Part shown: piece after piece, positions 25,691 through 49,051 of the stretch
Layout of the letters: each line of letters begins with the position of its first letter
Position numbering within the stretch: position 1 is the first letter of the stretch
Assembly (NCBI GenBank): GCA_009602725.1
Contig: WELB01000026.1
Location: forward strand, 410,530-474,529
DNA length: 64,000 bases
Direction of reading: 5' to 3'
From: Spirogloea muscicola
Lineage: Eukaryota
Made by a program: the position numbers and the translations under genes
The notes under the pieces: generated by a model
What the model was told of the DNA's origin: nothing
What the model saw: the letters and a program-made list of their open reading frames with translations, nothing else
Database searches by the model: none

Positions 25691-26704
25691 CACAAGTGTC
25701 GACCCAAGCCGAGCATCGCCGCTAGAATCAAATGAGCGCCGGGTTACACCGGGCCGGTCGGCCAAAAAGCGTTTAGACCGCCGGGTCAAGGGGGTGTCGC
25801 TGCCACGGAGGCCGAGGCCACCTGCACGTGCGGATGCGTATCTGGATTCCCGTGTATTTGGAGGTGGTTGGTGCCAGCTGTACCGTTTCGGGCGGGGCCG
25901 GTCTGGATTCCGGCCGCCAGCGTGGCAAACGCTCGCGTTTCTGCCTTTGACAAGCCCAGAAGGAGTCCTGATCAGCGTCCGATGTGGCGCCTTCGTGGCG
26001 TGCGACCACGACCGGGCCCCGCGCCAGTGCAAGGCCGGTCAGTCCATACAACGCGCGACACGTATCCCTCGGCGCGGACCGACCGACCAGGTGTAACCCG
26101 GCCCTAAGCTTAGGTGACGATTGGGCTGACGGCTCTCATTGACGTATGTATCAGAGGAGGCAGTGCCTACTGACCCGTGCCTTGACGTCACAATGACGTC
26201 ACGGCCCTTCTTGTCGCGGGCCGATGGAAACTTCCTAAGCACCGCACCGGCCAGGCAGATGCTCTCAAGGGGGCCTTCTAACGGGGCGCCGTCAAGTTAG
26301 CTCGTCTGCCCCAGGAGGTCCGACCGTGCGGCGCAGGCAGGTGGCTCCTGCCCCGGGCGCCACCGCCACCCGGGGGCCCAGGACGGGCAGGCTTGGAAAA
26401 CAGTCAGGTCTACCCGCGGGCAGGAAGTGGTTCGAGAAAGGAAGCTTGTGTGGCCTGCCCGGAGATGGGCGCACTCCGGCGCGGCTGCCCGCGGGCCGCG
26501 GGCAGGGCGGAGGGAGCTGCCCGGCCGGTGCCACGTGATTGCTTTTTCCAAGAGCCTCTTCCCCGCTGACTGAGAGCCGTCAGCTAGCCCCCCCGCTCGG
26601 GCCAGCTCGCGCCGCCGCCATGGCGGCCGCGCGGCCGGACCGCTCCCGCCGCAAGGGTGGCGGCAGTGGCGGCGGCAGTGGCGGCGGCAGCGGCGGGGAC
26701 CCTC

Positions 26705-26854
26705 ACAGCTTCTTGGCCTGCTCCAGCGCGCGGGCGTGGCCGAAGTGGAAGAGGTCGAAGATGCCGTCGGCGTAGACGCGGATCGGGCGATCCGCCGCCG
26801 CCGCCGCCGCCGCCGCCGGCTCGCGGTCCAGGAACGCCGGCTCGCCGCCGCCAC
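26705..26854 (-). pseudogene. Choline-phosphate cytidylyltransferase (CCT) first-exon fragment; no downstream exons found
   Basis: [29 protein letters not shown] (HxGH motif) followed by a GTGAG donor; the start lies in N-gap 26855-26916. Confidence 0.7.
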
Positions 26855-26968
26855 NNNNNNNNNNNNNNNNNNNNNNNNNNNNNNNNNNNNNNNNNNNNNN
26901 NNNNNNNNNNNNNNNNTCTTTCAGCTCAAGGCAAGTGTGACGCACCATCGGTTGCTGGAGCTTCGGCA

Positions 26969-29900
26969 ATGGCCATGACAGCAACACCTCTGCGTCCTGC
27001 CTTTCTGGACAACCGGCAACGGACGCTGGCAGCCTGGGAAGGAGACTGCAGCTGCAGCTTGGCGAAGCAGACACGCCGACTCTGCTGCGAGATCGGCCCG
27101 GCGGCGCCGGGAGCGGCAGGCCTCGACCGCTCCAGCTGCAGGCTGCCCGGCGTGGACGCGGTTGCCGCGGCCCGCGGGGCGAGAGCGGCGGCCATCGCGG
27201 CGAGCTCCGCCGGGGCGCACCCGTGGATCGGGCAGCGCTGTGAGACCTCCGGGATGGGCGTCGACTTCGTCTTCGTCGGCCGCGGCGGCAGCGGCGGCGG
27301 CGGCGGCGGCGGCGACGGCGGTGGCGACGTTGGGAACCCGATCGTCAGCCCCTCCAGCGTCGCGTCGAGCTGCCCGACGCCTTCGCCCCGTGCCGAAGGG
27401 CAGACGCCTGTGGCGTCCACGGCGCATCTGCCAAGCCTGGAGCGGGAGACCTCCGCCGCCTCGGCGTTGGCCAGCTGGGGCCGGCCGCCGCCAGTGCTCG
27501 AGGCGGCGCCCAGAGCTGGAGGGCGACCCCCGCTGCCTGCAGCGGCAGTTGCTGACCGTAGCGGCGGTGGTCAGGGGCGTGGCGGGGGTAGCGATGGCAG
27601 CCGGCCGTCTGCGCAGCTGGCCCGGGACCTGGAGGTGCTGTGGCAGCGCGTCACGGCGCCCAGCGCGGACAGCTCGACCACGGCGGCAGAGTCGACGACC
27701 GCCGAGAGCTCGCTCGACGAGCGCTGGGCCAGCCCTGCTGGCGCCTCTGGCGAGCTGGTCATGCAGGACATGCTCGACGACCCCCCCAATCGCTTTGTCA
27801 GCTCGGCGCAGGCGCCAGCAATGGACGTCACGGAGGAGGACTTCCTCCGTGGCCTCGATTGGCTCGTCCCGGCCTTCGACGACCTCGATGACCTCCTGCT
27901 GCCACCGCCACCACCAGCATTGGTGCCTCCATCGGCACCGGCCGGAGCCGCGACAGACGCTCTAGTCGGGCAGTCGCCCATGCCGCCGCCTACGCCGGCT
28001 CCTCCGCCGCTGCCATCGCCTCCAGTGCTCCCGTCGCAGCCTCCACAGGCAGGCGCTGCCACAGGCGGTGCTATTCAGATGCTCGTGGCTGTTGCGCATG
28101 CGATTGTGGAGGGCGACCCCGTCGCCGTGCAGCGGCTCATGGCGGACGTCAACGAGGTGGCATCGGTGTACGGGGATGCCTCCCAGCGCCTCTGCGCTTA
28201 CTTCCTGGAGGGCCTGGTCGCGCGAACGAGTAGCGGCGGCAGATCGATTGACGAGTGCAGTGAGGCCGACGTGCCGCTTGAGTTCCATGAGCCCGACTGT
28301 GGACGCCAGATCATGGAGGCCTTCCAGGTTCCTCCTTTGTGCTGCCACCATTGCCGCTAGCTTTACTGTTGCTACAATCATTGGCGCGGCATATGCTGAA
28401 GGCTCCTCGAGACCTGACAGCCCGTCTCCGCTGCCATTATGACGAACTGCCAGGTGCTGGTCATGGCGAGCCCCTACCTGACATTTGGCCAGGTGGCGGC
28501 CAACAGCGCAATCTTGGAGGCCTTTGAGGGCGCATCCCATGTCCACATTGTCGACTTTGGCATCGGCCACGCTATTCAGTGGCCCTCCATGATACAGGTC
28601 CACCTGCTGGCATTGACCACAGCAGGAGCTTGGCGGCTTGCTAGCTCAGCAGGCACGGTTGGGATGTCAATGCTGGCTGAGTCTGACATGGGTTGCAATG
28701 CCCACTTCCATCGCAGGCCCTGGCTGCCAGGCCCGGTGGCCCGCCGTGCCTGCGGATGACAGCCATCGACCTGCCCGCGCTTCACAACTTGCGCGCCTAC
28801 TGCATCCTCGAGGCCGGCGAGCGGCTGAAGGTTTCCACTCATCCTCCAAGCATGCTTTATGTCCATTCCATTACGATCCCAGCCACCTACAGTGCTCCAT
28901 CCTTGCCGTCGCAAGTGGAGAACGTACATGAAAAGCCTGCAGCAGGTAGGTCAAGGGGCTAATCTGCACTGATGGAGGTCCTTTCAAAGCAAATTGTCGG
29001 CAAGAATTGCACAATTCCACTCATTTGTGGGGACTACATGCGCTGACTGTAGCTTGCCCAGTCACAGTTATGATGAGCCCAAGAAGAAGGCCACCCAAAG
29101 ACTGCAAGCGCAGTCACTCTGGAGCACCTTGCCACTCTTGCAGTGCTGCTCCACTCCAGATGCGCTGATGCCTGGGAAGGGGGGCCTGGTTTGAATCTTG
29201 GGTTTGGCGGCTGCAGTCTGTGGCTGCAATGTGCAAGGTGCCGTTTGAGTACCAGGCAATTGGGCAGCGCATCGACCGTGTCAAGGCGAGCATGATCACT
29301 CTGCGGGCCAATGAGGTCCTTGCTGTCAATTGTTCCCTGCGCCTCCACCAGGTAGGCCCAAGCTTCACCGAGGGCCCTCGCCCACCTTGCTTGGCCACCA
29401 ACGGACACATCGCCTCATGAAGATCTATAACAGGGTCAGCTGTCTTGACAGCCACAAGAATGTGGTAATCCTTAAGCTGAGCACATGGCTGTATTACTTG
29501 CTCATTTTGCAAGCTACATTCTTCTAGACCTAAGTGGTGTAGTCAAGAGCCATTGGTGCAGCTCCTGGATGAGACGGCAACACCGTCCAATCCCCGGAAG
29601 GGGGTTCTGAAGATGATCCGCGAGCTCAACCCTTCGGTATGCCATAGCGCTGTGACTGCCACTGCATATCCTGCAACAATGAGAAATGTCGCACGCTGCA
29701 CTGCTGGCCCGAGCTGAGGCTCCATTCATCACGTCAACGGATGTGCCACCACTTCCAGGACGCATGCACGAGCCACCGTAGAGATCAGTGTCTTGATCAT
29801 GGTGGTGGTCATGGCCTCATTCCTGTGGTTGCAGATTGTGGCACTGGTGGAGCAGAATGCGCACACCAACTCGCCATTTTTCCTTGCTCGCTTCTATGAG

Positions 29901-30666
29901 GCGCTCTTCTACTATGCTGGCGTCTTTGAGTCAATTGATGCCTCCATACCTCGTTACATTGCTGAACGACGGCTCTACGAGCAGCGAGTCTGTTTGCTGC
30001 CCCATGGACTTGTGATCGTGGCCTAGCATACTTACTGCTATAGCAAACGGGACAGTATTAGTTTCAATGGTGGCATTGCAGCAACAGGCGTTAGCCAAAG
30101 CTTAGCCAGCTTTGGCGACGCTATGCGCAGGTGTTGGGCCGAGCAATCGTGAACGTCGTTGCATGCGAAGGGAAGGACCGCGTGGAGCGCCAGGAGCCAC
30201 TCGGCGTGTGGCAGCGGCGATTCATGCGCGCAGGCTTTGTGGGCCGGCCACTCAACGAGAAGGTCGTGGCCACTGTCCAGGTTTGCACCTCCATCACATG
30301 AGCTGGCAGTCATTTTATTTCAGTCGTGCTCACATGGAGAAGATGGGCAGCTCGATGCTGCGCTGACTGAAGTAGATGCAGCATTTTATAGTTGACGGTG
30401 TATCGGAATAATCACAGAATGGAAATAGCAGTGACCGAGAGTTGCCCATCTCCATGTGAAAAAGAAAGGGATAGCATGAGATGTTCTTCTGATGTGGAGC
30501 AGTCTGTGCGAGTCACCAGGGCTTGCTGGCCGTGTACCGTGAGGGATATGGGCTGCACGGGATGGGGGAGAACAGCCTTATACTCAGCTGGCAAGACCGC
30601 TCGTTGCTCGCAATGTCAGCATGGCAGCCCGATGTGGGCATCCCACAGCCAGCAGCAACATCTTAG
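26969..30666 (+). CDS. GRAS-family transcription regulator (PAT1/SCL-like), 8 exons: 26969-28327, 28454-28597, 28717-28830, 29217-29351, 29562-29636, 29835-29987, 30131-30280, 30520-30666
   Basis: LHRI ([18 protein letters not shown]), VHIID ([44 protein letters not shown]), LAVN, PFYRE ([17 protein letters not shown]), SAW ([37 protein letters not shown]). All introns GT-AG. Confidence 0.93.
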
Positions 30667-31149
30667 GTTAGGACCACGCAATACCTTCCCTTCAAGATAA
30701 CAGCGTCCTTTATTGACATTTTAGCTGCTCCCGCTTCACTCCACACCCATTGATGGTAGACATGCTGCTAGTGCAACATGTGTCACCTTGTTATCTTGCA
30801 ACACATTTGTTGCCTTCTGATCAATCTATTCCCAAGTGCATACTTAGAGCAGGATCTTTTCTAACCACCACAGCTACTTGCCCCAAGAATGTGCACTCAA
30901 GTAATGTGCACGGGCTTGTATATACGAACTGCAGTCTTGTATACACGGGGTTCGCGGGGAATGGCTTCATAGGCTTGTTGCTCTATCACAACTCCAATCG
31001 CAATCAATCCATGTATAACCGGGCATATCATTCTGAAGGTATCAACCAGCTGGTATTGATGCACATGTAAACTTGATGTGTAAGAGCTGATTCTTATCGT
31101 TCTTGCCAGAGCGTCAGCCAAGACCACACCCCGTAGGAAAGCAGCCGCC

Positions 31150-33100
31150 ATCCTTGACAGCTTGGGCTGGCCTCTCTACTTTCAGAGCCATGGGGCCCTC
31201 TTAGGAAGACCTTTCTCTTTTCTTTCTTCCACACACCTATCACTTGCATAGCTGCATACCTCAGTCCAAGCATTTTGGGCTGGCCATTCACAGCCCTCGC
31301 CCCCTTTGGAAGGTGATATTTTTCATTTCATCTTCGGCCTTAGGACCCCTTCTGGAAGAAGTGCTTTATATTCTGTCACCCACTGTTCCCCTTCGTTGTG
31401 CTTCTGCCCTGTTCCCTTAGCCCTTAGGTAGCGAAGGGCTTTGCATTGTGTATTCTCGTATCTTGAATACAGAATCTCGCCTGCACAGTGTCCTGGCTCG
31501 GCTTGGCCTCCCTTCACTTTCATGAGCACCACGCGCCTTTTCTTTCGAAGCGAGCTAACCAGAAAGGGCGATGGCTGGAAAAGGCCATCTCAAAAGCATT
31601 AGACAAGGTCCGAAAGGGCCGAAAAGGCTAGATCACACAAATAGTTAGTGAGATACTAGAGTGCTTACTTCGAATGGGGGCTCAATAGCCCCTAGTCAGC
31701 AGCCGTGCCAGAATGAACGAGCTCGAAGGGGCCAGGGAAAGCACTGGAGAATTCTTCCTCTCTTAAACGGTGTATCAGCAATTTTTGGCCTCCCTTTCAT
31801 CCTCATGTGCGCCGCGCGCCTTGTTCCCTTTTGCACGAACAATGCTTGGCTTGATTTGGCCTCCCATACAATTCATACGCACCGCGCGCTTTCTCTATTT
31901 CTGCTGGTGCTGCTCCTACATTAGGCAAATAGCTCGTACAAGGCGGTGGCTGTGAAAGGTCTGGGCTGGCCTCTCCCAGCCAGCGCCCTCTCCTGGAAGA
32001 GTCTTTCTCTCCAGTAGAGGGCGATGGCTATGATTGGCCAGCCCAGACATAAAGATTGAACAAAGTTCGAAGGAAGAAGCATTAAGGGGATCAGAGAATT
32101 TTCTGATTGAATTGCTCTTGGTTCAGAGGAACTCCTGAATAGACTCAGAGCAAGTCAATACTCACTTACCCGACATCGAACCCTCTTGTTATCAAGTATT
32201 GTGTGCTTTGTATCAGCATAGAACCTGGCCCGATGAAATGTACACGGATGGTACTAGAGACTATTGTGCTTGAGGATCTTTGCTAGGCGACAATACTGTC
32301 CCATAGGTGGTTCTATTCTCGCGAGCTTTAATCCACGAATACCGGACCCCGAATCTTGCGATACAACTCGTGCTTCGTCAACAGCAAAATCGCCGTCATC
32401 AGGTCGAGACTGTAAGGAAGTAGGGAGCTCCTTCAAAACAAACAAGAAGCGGGAGGGCCAGCAACCAGCACCCCGGTTCATGGCGCACACTCACCATTGT
32501 CCATTCTTTTCGGGCTGGCTTTGCCAGCCCCTCTTCTCTATGGGCGAGCACTTTCACTCACCACCACAACATTGTGTACGTGAATTCGTTCGTATGGTCA
32601 AAGTACGCAAGGAATCAAGCAGCTACGAAACACTCAGTAACCACCGTCTTCTTCCGGTGAAGCAAGCGCGGCCAGAGTAACTGGTGGCTGGGAAAGGCCA
32701 GCCCAAAGGAATGGACAAGGTCTGAAGGAGCCAGAGTGCTAAGGACTGAGACAGCAGCAAGCGAACTCTCAGTAACTTACGGTGCGAGTCATGGGCTGAA
32801 GAGGGTCGCGTCCACGGTAGTATCGCAGCGGGCTTCGATAGCCCGACGAAGCAGCCGTGGATCAAGAATTGCCGGTCGTGGGGTTAGACCGAATCTGCGA
32901 GTGCTGAACTTCTCTGGGTCTTTTGGAGTGGCACTTTAGCCTCTCACAGCCCTCTTGCCTCTTCAGGCCCCGCAGTCGCTGCTTAGCTCGTAGTTTGGCC
33001 CCTTCGAACCTTGTCAATTCTTTTCGGGCTGGCTTCTCACAGCCCTTGCCCCCATTGGGAGAGCCACTTCTTCTCACAGCCACTGCTATAAGTTTGGAAG
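31150..33100. repeat. Cluster of short CRE-like 3' tails of several subfamilies
   Basis: Many GGGCTGGC..CAGCC tails; TTGGCCTCCC..GCGCGCC motifs at ~31500, ~31785 and ~31855; RGY-type stops at ~32635 and ~32769 (-). Confidence 0.7.
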
Positions 33101-33799
33101 CGCTGTTGCTTTGGCAGCATTGTGGAGAAGAAGGGCGGCGGTTGGAGGCTAGACCACTCGGTGACAGCCACGCAGGCCACGAGATCGAGGGATTTCGACA
33201 CGCCATCACGACGCCACATAAGCAATCGTGACAGCCAGATAAGGATCGCACAGATGGGTGAGAGCGTGGACGCATAGATTGCTCAAACACCAAGGTTGGT
33301 GCTCAATGTCAAACGAGCACTACGTGCTGGATCTCGACATAGCGCAAGGTCAACAATGAAAAGCAAGATGCAAATGAAGTTGGCGATATCAAAGGGGGCG
33401 AGGGCTGTGTGAAAAGCCGGCCCAGCAACGCGGCTTCATGGTGCACAGTCGACACCACAGCCATCGTGTACGCGGTGTTGTTCGTGCAGTGGGGGGCCAT
33501 GGGCTGAAGAAGGGTCGCGTTCACATATCGTTTGCCTACAAGAGGATCTTTGCAACCCAATACGAAGCTGACACGCCGTCATACCAGAGCCCCTCTCCGC
33601 GCGCCGGGGGTCGGGAGCGCGCCACGCGGGCGGGCGGCGGGGGCCCCTCATCCGGCGGCGGCCAATGACGGCCCTGACCCAGGCCACCCCCCCCCCTCCC
33701 CACCCCCCTCCCCGGCGAGCCCCCAGTTGCNNNNNNNNNNNNNNNNNNNNNNNNNNNNNNNNNNNNNNNNNNNNNNNNNNNNNNNNNNNNNNNNNNNNN

Positions 33800-34243
33800 C
33801 GCGCCGGCGCCCGCGCGCCCGCCGCCGCGGCGGCCGCCGCCCCCGCCGCCGTGCGCCTCGCCGCGCCCCGCGCGTCGCTGGCCCGGGACGCCGGCAAGGC
33901 CCTCGTGGCCGCCGGCGCCACGCTCCTCCTTGCCGCCGGCGCCAATGCCGCGACCGTGAAGATGGGCAAGGACGACGGCTCCCTCGCCTTCGAGCCCGCC
34001 TCCCTCTCCGTCAAGGCCGGCGAGACCATCGTGTTCAAGAACAACGCCGGCTTCCCCCACAACATCGTCTTCGACGAGGACGCCGTTCCCTCCGGCGTCG
34101 ACGCCAACGCCATCTCCCACAGCGACCTCGTCAACGCCGCTGGCGAGGAGGTGAAGGTGACCCTCAGCAAGGCGGGCACATACGAGTACTACTGTGAGCC
34201 CCACCAGGGCGCTGGCATGTCCGGCACCATCACCGTGTCCTGA
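33800..34243 (+). CDS. petE: Plastocyanin precursor (start codon in N-gap)
   Basis: Lumen-targeting hydrophobic stretch ending ANA, then [50 protein letters not shown]. Type-1 copper ligands H, C, H, M. Confidence 0.96.
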   Translation, partial: RAGARAPAAAAAAAPAAVRLAAPRASLARDAGKALVAAGATLLLAAGANAATVKMGKDDGSLAFEPASLSVKAGETIVFKNNAGFPHNIVFDEDAVPSGVDANAISHSDLVNAAGEEVKVTLSKAGTYEYYCEPHQGAGMSGTITVS

Positions 34244-36560
34244 GCCCCACGCCTTTGGGGTGCACGCAGCCCCCAGCTGCTGAACCTTATGGCAGCAATG
34301 CAGGGCGCCGAGCTGTAGAGGTCAAAATTGACATGTAAAATGAAACAACCTGTGGACATTCTTAATTATTTCTCCTTCACCTTTTCGGCCAGCCCAACTG
34401 TGTATTTCCGTTGCTCTCATCATCTGTTCACCTCGACCTGGATGGTTTACGAATTTGTTGACATTCGTGGGATAGGGAAGAATCTTTTTTGTTGCGCAAG
34501 GATGGCAAGGCCGTCATGGTGGTATCTCCTACTTCCAAGTTTGATGTAAAAGAATCTGACGATGGCCACTAAGTCTGTGATCGATCCTACTGAGCAGCTT
34601 GAATTTGGATCTGAAATCATGGACTCTTAAGAAAAATTCTACGTGTGTGTACGAGGTTAAGGTTAGGAGCATAGACAAAAGTGCAAGCATAATTTCCAAA
34701 TTCCTACTCCCCAAGCAGCAAGTGTGAAAAACAAGGCTTTCAGAATGTGTTTTGTGCACTATACCACAGGAACTGTTGGCAAGCTGAAATTGTCGCATGT
34801 TGGTAATGTAAGGTCAAAGGCTGTCAAGCGCTATCGAGCACCTTTCATCGCCGCTTCTGGCCAGATGTTGCTCGTGCTTCGGATTGGCCATCATCAGCCA
34901 CTTTCCCATCCAAAGCTCCCACTTGCTGGCATCTTGCTCTTGCTGATGCCCATTTCAAATGTTTACGTTCTCTTTCTGTGAGGTGCTTCTCTACCTGTGT
35001 GTTTGGACGGGTCACTCGACAGGTCACGAACCCATGACCTTGCAAGTTGCAATGCTACACCAGAGGCACATTCAATTGGCAAGGAATCTAAAAGTCATGT
35101 GAGTCAGGGGACATGCCACAGATCTGTGCCCTTACCAAGGGTAGAAAGACAGATGTGTTCAATCTCTTGATCAACGATTATTCATCAACAACGTCCTTCC
35201 ATATCATGCTCACCATGGCTATGTCCTTCTACAGACAAGTGCATACTGTCGTCCATAGAAGCCAATACTGCGCTTGACTGTTTGATTTGCTGCATAGGTG
35301 CATGCAATGGTCTGGACGGTTCACCTTCTTGTGGTACACTCTGAGCATGACAGCTTGTCAGTCTATGTCAAAGTGCCACAGAGCACGATGAGACACATGG
35401 CTCTCGCGTTCTCCTGCAGGCCCTCAAGATTGTGCATACAGTGTCAACCACGTGCATGGACTGCTGGTTTGCCTGACTGCGAACGTAATGATGAATTCAT
35501 CAAGATGACTTCATCCAAGACGGGCAGTGGCTAAGAAAGGCCAAGTGGGAAGAGAGTGCCTTCAGATGATAGCAAGCATGCTTTAGGTCAACCTCCACAG
35601 CTTTGCTGTGAAGTTGAAGCTTGTACAGATGTGTTACTTGCTTATACGTTTTCTTGCAGCACATCCCGGCTGGTCGGCCAGAAGCAGTCTATACGACTAA
35701 GACTTGCAAGGCAGCAACATTCCTGTTCAGGAAGGCAGAAGCCAAAAGTAGGACTTGTCAGTGCATTGTCGTCGACATCCTCCAGGAAGGAGACTTGTTA
35801 TCTGCACTTTCCGGCTGGCCATACCTTCTCCAAACTAATCGTCTCGGTCTAGCTTTCACAGCCCTTGTCCCCTTTTCGTGGATGCTTACATTCACAGCCA
35901 ACGCCACCCAAGAGCTTCCAATTTTGAAGAGCTATAAGAAAAGGCGCGCGGTGGCATGAAATGAAAGGGAGGTAAATGTAAGCCAATATACTGTTCAGGC
36001 AAAAGCTAGTGCAGAAAGTGGGGCTAACATAAAGCCTATGCTGAGGGCGGCAAAGGTAACATTGTGAATGCAGGCTGAAGAGAGACGTCAGTACCCACAA
36101 GTAATTACTTACATTCCGACAGCCTGACTTGGGGAGCCAGAGCACCGACCCCTGAAATTGCCTGAAGGTCGGTGCAGCAGGTTATGTACATCAGTCAATG
36201 TGCTTGCCTTTGTACTTGGCCACACAGGCCCTCCATAACCTAATACACACGTTTTCTTCGTAAAGCCGCTTTCCAACCAGAGCTAGAGTCTATTTAGAAC
36301 ACGAATCTGGAGATCAGGCCCTCAACAGGCCCGCCCCACTCTGCCCAACCACCCTAACCTCGCCCTAGTCCCCTCGTCCCGGACCCTCCCGGCGACGCGG
36401 CGCGGCCGCTACCGCCGCCGCGGCCGCCGTTGTTGGCCGCCTTGCGACGGCAGCGAGCTGACAGCGTCTGTGCCGGCGGAGTGATGGCCGGGTTGTGGCT
36501 GCGGGCTCATTGCCTGGGGCCGGCTGCCTAGAATACTGGTCCACGTGCCGCTCGGCCACC

Positions 36561-46186
<9,626 letters not shown>

Positions 46187-49051
46187 GAGCTCTTGCAATC
46201 ACCAACTATTCCTTCATTCATTGTAGGTAGCTGCTAGACACGTGCAACTATCAAGAAGGGCTGCAGACAAGTATACATGCCTGCGTGCCGATTTGCACAT
46301 GTCAGTGCGCAGGTCGTCCTCTAGCTCAGTGCAATGGGTGGTTCTCATTCATATGCCGTGCAGAATCACGTCAAATCGGCAGAATGCCAAGCTGGGGCTG
46401 CAGATCAACCAATGCTCTCGCTGTTGATAGTGCAGAATGTGAGCAAGACAGCCCTCCTCGTGATTCACATTCAGGCCTGGGCTTGCAGCGAGCGGGCTGC
46501 CATGGACATGGTCGGGGTCTGCCAAGCGCCCTGCTATGATGCTGGCAGCTGCCCGTGCTGCTGCGCCGCTGCTTGCACCTGAGGGGTCGGCGGCAGCCGG
46601 GATCCTGGCAATGGTGACTGCAGTGGACAAGCGTAGCGTGCCGCTCCGGGGCAAAGCGGAGCCGGCTGCATCACCAGGGGCTGTTCTTGGAGCAGCCCAC
46701 TTGGCCTTTTCTGTGAGTCGTACGTCAAGGGTGGTGCGTATGGGGCGCCAGCGCGTAAGTCCTACAATGCTGCTGCCATATTTGCCAGCAGTGCTGCGCA
46801 AATACTGGCGTAAGTCAGATAACGGCCTTTGTGGCCTTCAGTAGTCCTCAGAAGAATTGACGCTCGGGAATTGTGCATTGGTTGGACTTGGCTACGGTGA
46901 TAAGGGCGCATTCGCAGTTGCTTGTTGAGGTGGACAAGTTCTGAGGGGTAGTCATGATGAGAAAGGCCTTCTTGGTCATCATAAGAGGCAGTGGCTGCGA
47001 GGGAGATCAGAAAACTGAAGAATGCGGCAGCTGGTAATAAAAGAGCGGCTGTAAGAGGCCAGCCAGATGCATACAGGTGTTCAACTAACAGAATCTGGTC
47101 CAGAGCATCCTGTGAGAAAGCCATCCTACAGCTTCACTATTGAGTAGAGGTCGGAGTAGAGTAGGATCGAAGACACATGCTTGGCTTGCTCGTGATGGGT
47201 TGCTTGTATGCCCTCTTCACAGCCAGTAATACAAGATCGCACCAAGCGATCAACTTGAGGTTGAGAATTTGACATGGTAAACGTGACGAGCAACCTTGAC
47301 TCTACTTATTGATGAGTTCTCCTGTAGCGTACTTTCGTTGACACGAAGATACTGAGAGAAGGAAAGGGCTGCAGAGGGGCAGTTCTGAAGTGATGCAAGC
47401 AGGCTACGCACGTAGTGCTAGCATCAAGGATGTTCGCTCGCTGATCTCAACGAAATCGTTCAGTACATCATGTACATGTGTTGTAAACAGCCTCAAGCCG
47501 GATCATCAAGGCCACCTGACTGCCAAAGACATCCAGATTGTTGCACACCAATAAGGGCACTGTGAGTGTAAGGTTAAGTGTTGGGCACCCATCCAAATCA
47601 GCGGAATTGTTGAGCAAAGTAAGCTTGCTTCTGTCACAAAGGGGCTTTTGGGACAGATCCAAGGGTAGTAACTACTTCGTGATCCCATTGGATCAGATAA
47701 CAATCTCAGATAACAATCATGTTGTGAAGATGCACAACTGAGTCGCCCATCACATACTTATATATTGCAAACCCTAGTAGATAGCATATGGTAAAGCTTG
47801 AACAGGATTAACAAGCCCAAGACCTGGGGCAATATACACATCAAATGATGAGTGTGAATAATGAAAAGGGCAATCAAGGTTGGTGCAACTATAAGATGAA
47901 GAAACTTCTTCATCTTATACATATATCTTCTTGGTCAAAAAGACATATATTCATGCCTCTGCTCTCGCTAACATGCCACTTGATCCTATCTTGAGGCCAA
48001 AGCAGCACTGACAGGGAGAGAGGTCGATGTGAAGGCAGGTGAGAAGCACGCACTGCCAAGTTAGCTGCTTGTGCTGTCACTGCCTTTCAAAAGCAGCGCA
48101 AATCAGTTCCACCAGACTTCTAGCTCTGTGCTGCCCATTGCTCATTCAACTCCACCACGTCAGTCAGACCAGAGTCACAGTATGGTGAAAGAGCCGTAAC
48201 AAAAATGCTGTCCAATGTGATGGCAAACCATTGGAAAGTACAGTGCTCCTTCAGCACTATGCATTCCTTGCGATCTGAGTACTTGTCTGAGTGTGACGCA
48301 GTGCCACTTACAGCAATTCTCATGTATGAGTTTGCTTGCTGCTGTGCCCATGCTGAGGAATCAGATCAAGAGGGCCGGCCAAACAGCTTGGTAAGAAGAT
48401 CTGTTGACAATAGATTCAGCCCACCAACAGAAATCTCCTGATAGGGGAGATTATCAGGCGATATCAGGAGATATCATATCAGGAATGTATTCAAGTGGCG
48501 ATTCAGTAAAGCGAGCTTTCCTCCACCTCTTGAAGTATCAGCACCAAGCCTGTGAGCTCAGCAAATCAAGCCAGATCACACTTGCATCTGCTGAATAGAA
48601 ATGTTCAAAGGAATGCCAATCCGGCCTGCACTTCCTAGGCTCTGCGGTAGGTGATCCAGGATGTCCCCGAGCTGTTCGGCAGAGTGCCTGCCTGATGAAT
48701 GTTGCCTGCCATAAAGAATAATTACAGTCAAATCAGGCCACAAGTGACAAAGCGAAGGGCCGCAGCATCAATGGAGCAGCATGATGAATAATGCTGCGAG
48801 GAAGTCACAATGACCTTGCTCTGGGACAGAAGATGAAGCCGTGGCCTGCAGAAATCTCGGCTTCACAGATAGGTTGCGGTGCCTTGCGGCTGTGCCTGAA
48901 ATTGTAGCTGACAGGCACTTTGAGCCTCTTCAACCCCTAATCCGCTTGCAGCCATTGTCATCTTTTCATGCTTGATAAGACTTGCTCCGCTATTCGGCTT
49001 GCAAGCTCTGCAAGTGACTCGACAGGTCAAATAGTGGTGGTTGTCTGTCGC

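Noticed and set aside
25794..26096. 100-aa ORF containing YLDS, as a possible RT motif
   Set aside because: Not YxDD and lacks other RT motifs.
26183..26201. Double TGACGTCA as an as-1-like element
   Set aside because: Spacing is 11 rather than the canonical 12, and the target gene is uncertain because of the adjacent gap.
46349..47124. Two overlapping 120-150 aa minus-strand ORFs between ECA3 and RLCK
   Set aside because: No recognisable motif or splice pattern; may be UTR or intergenic sequence.
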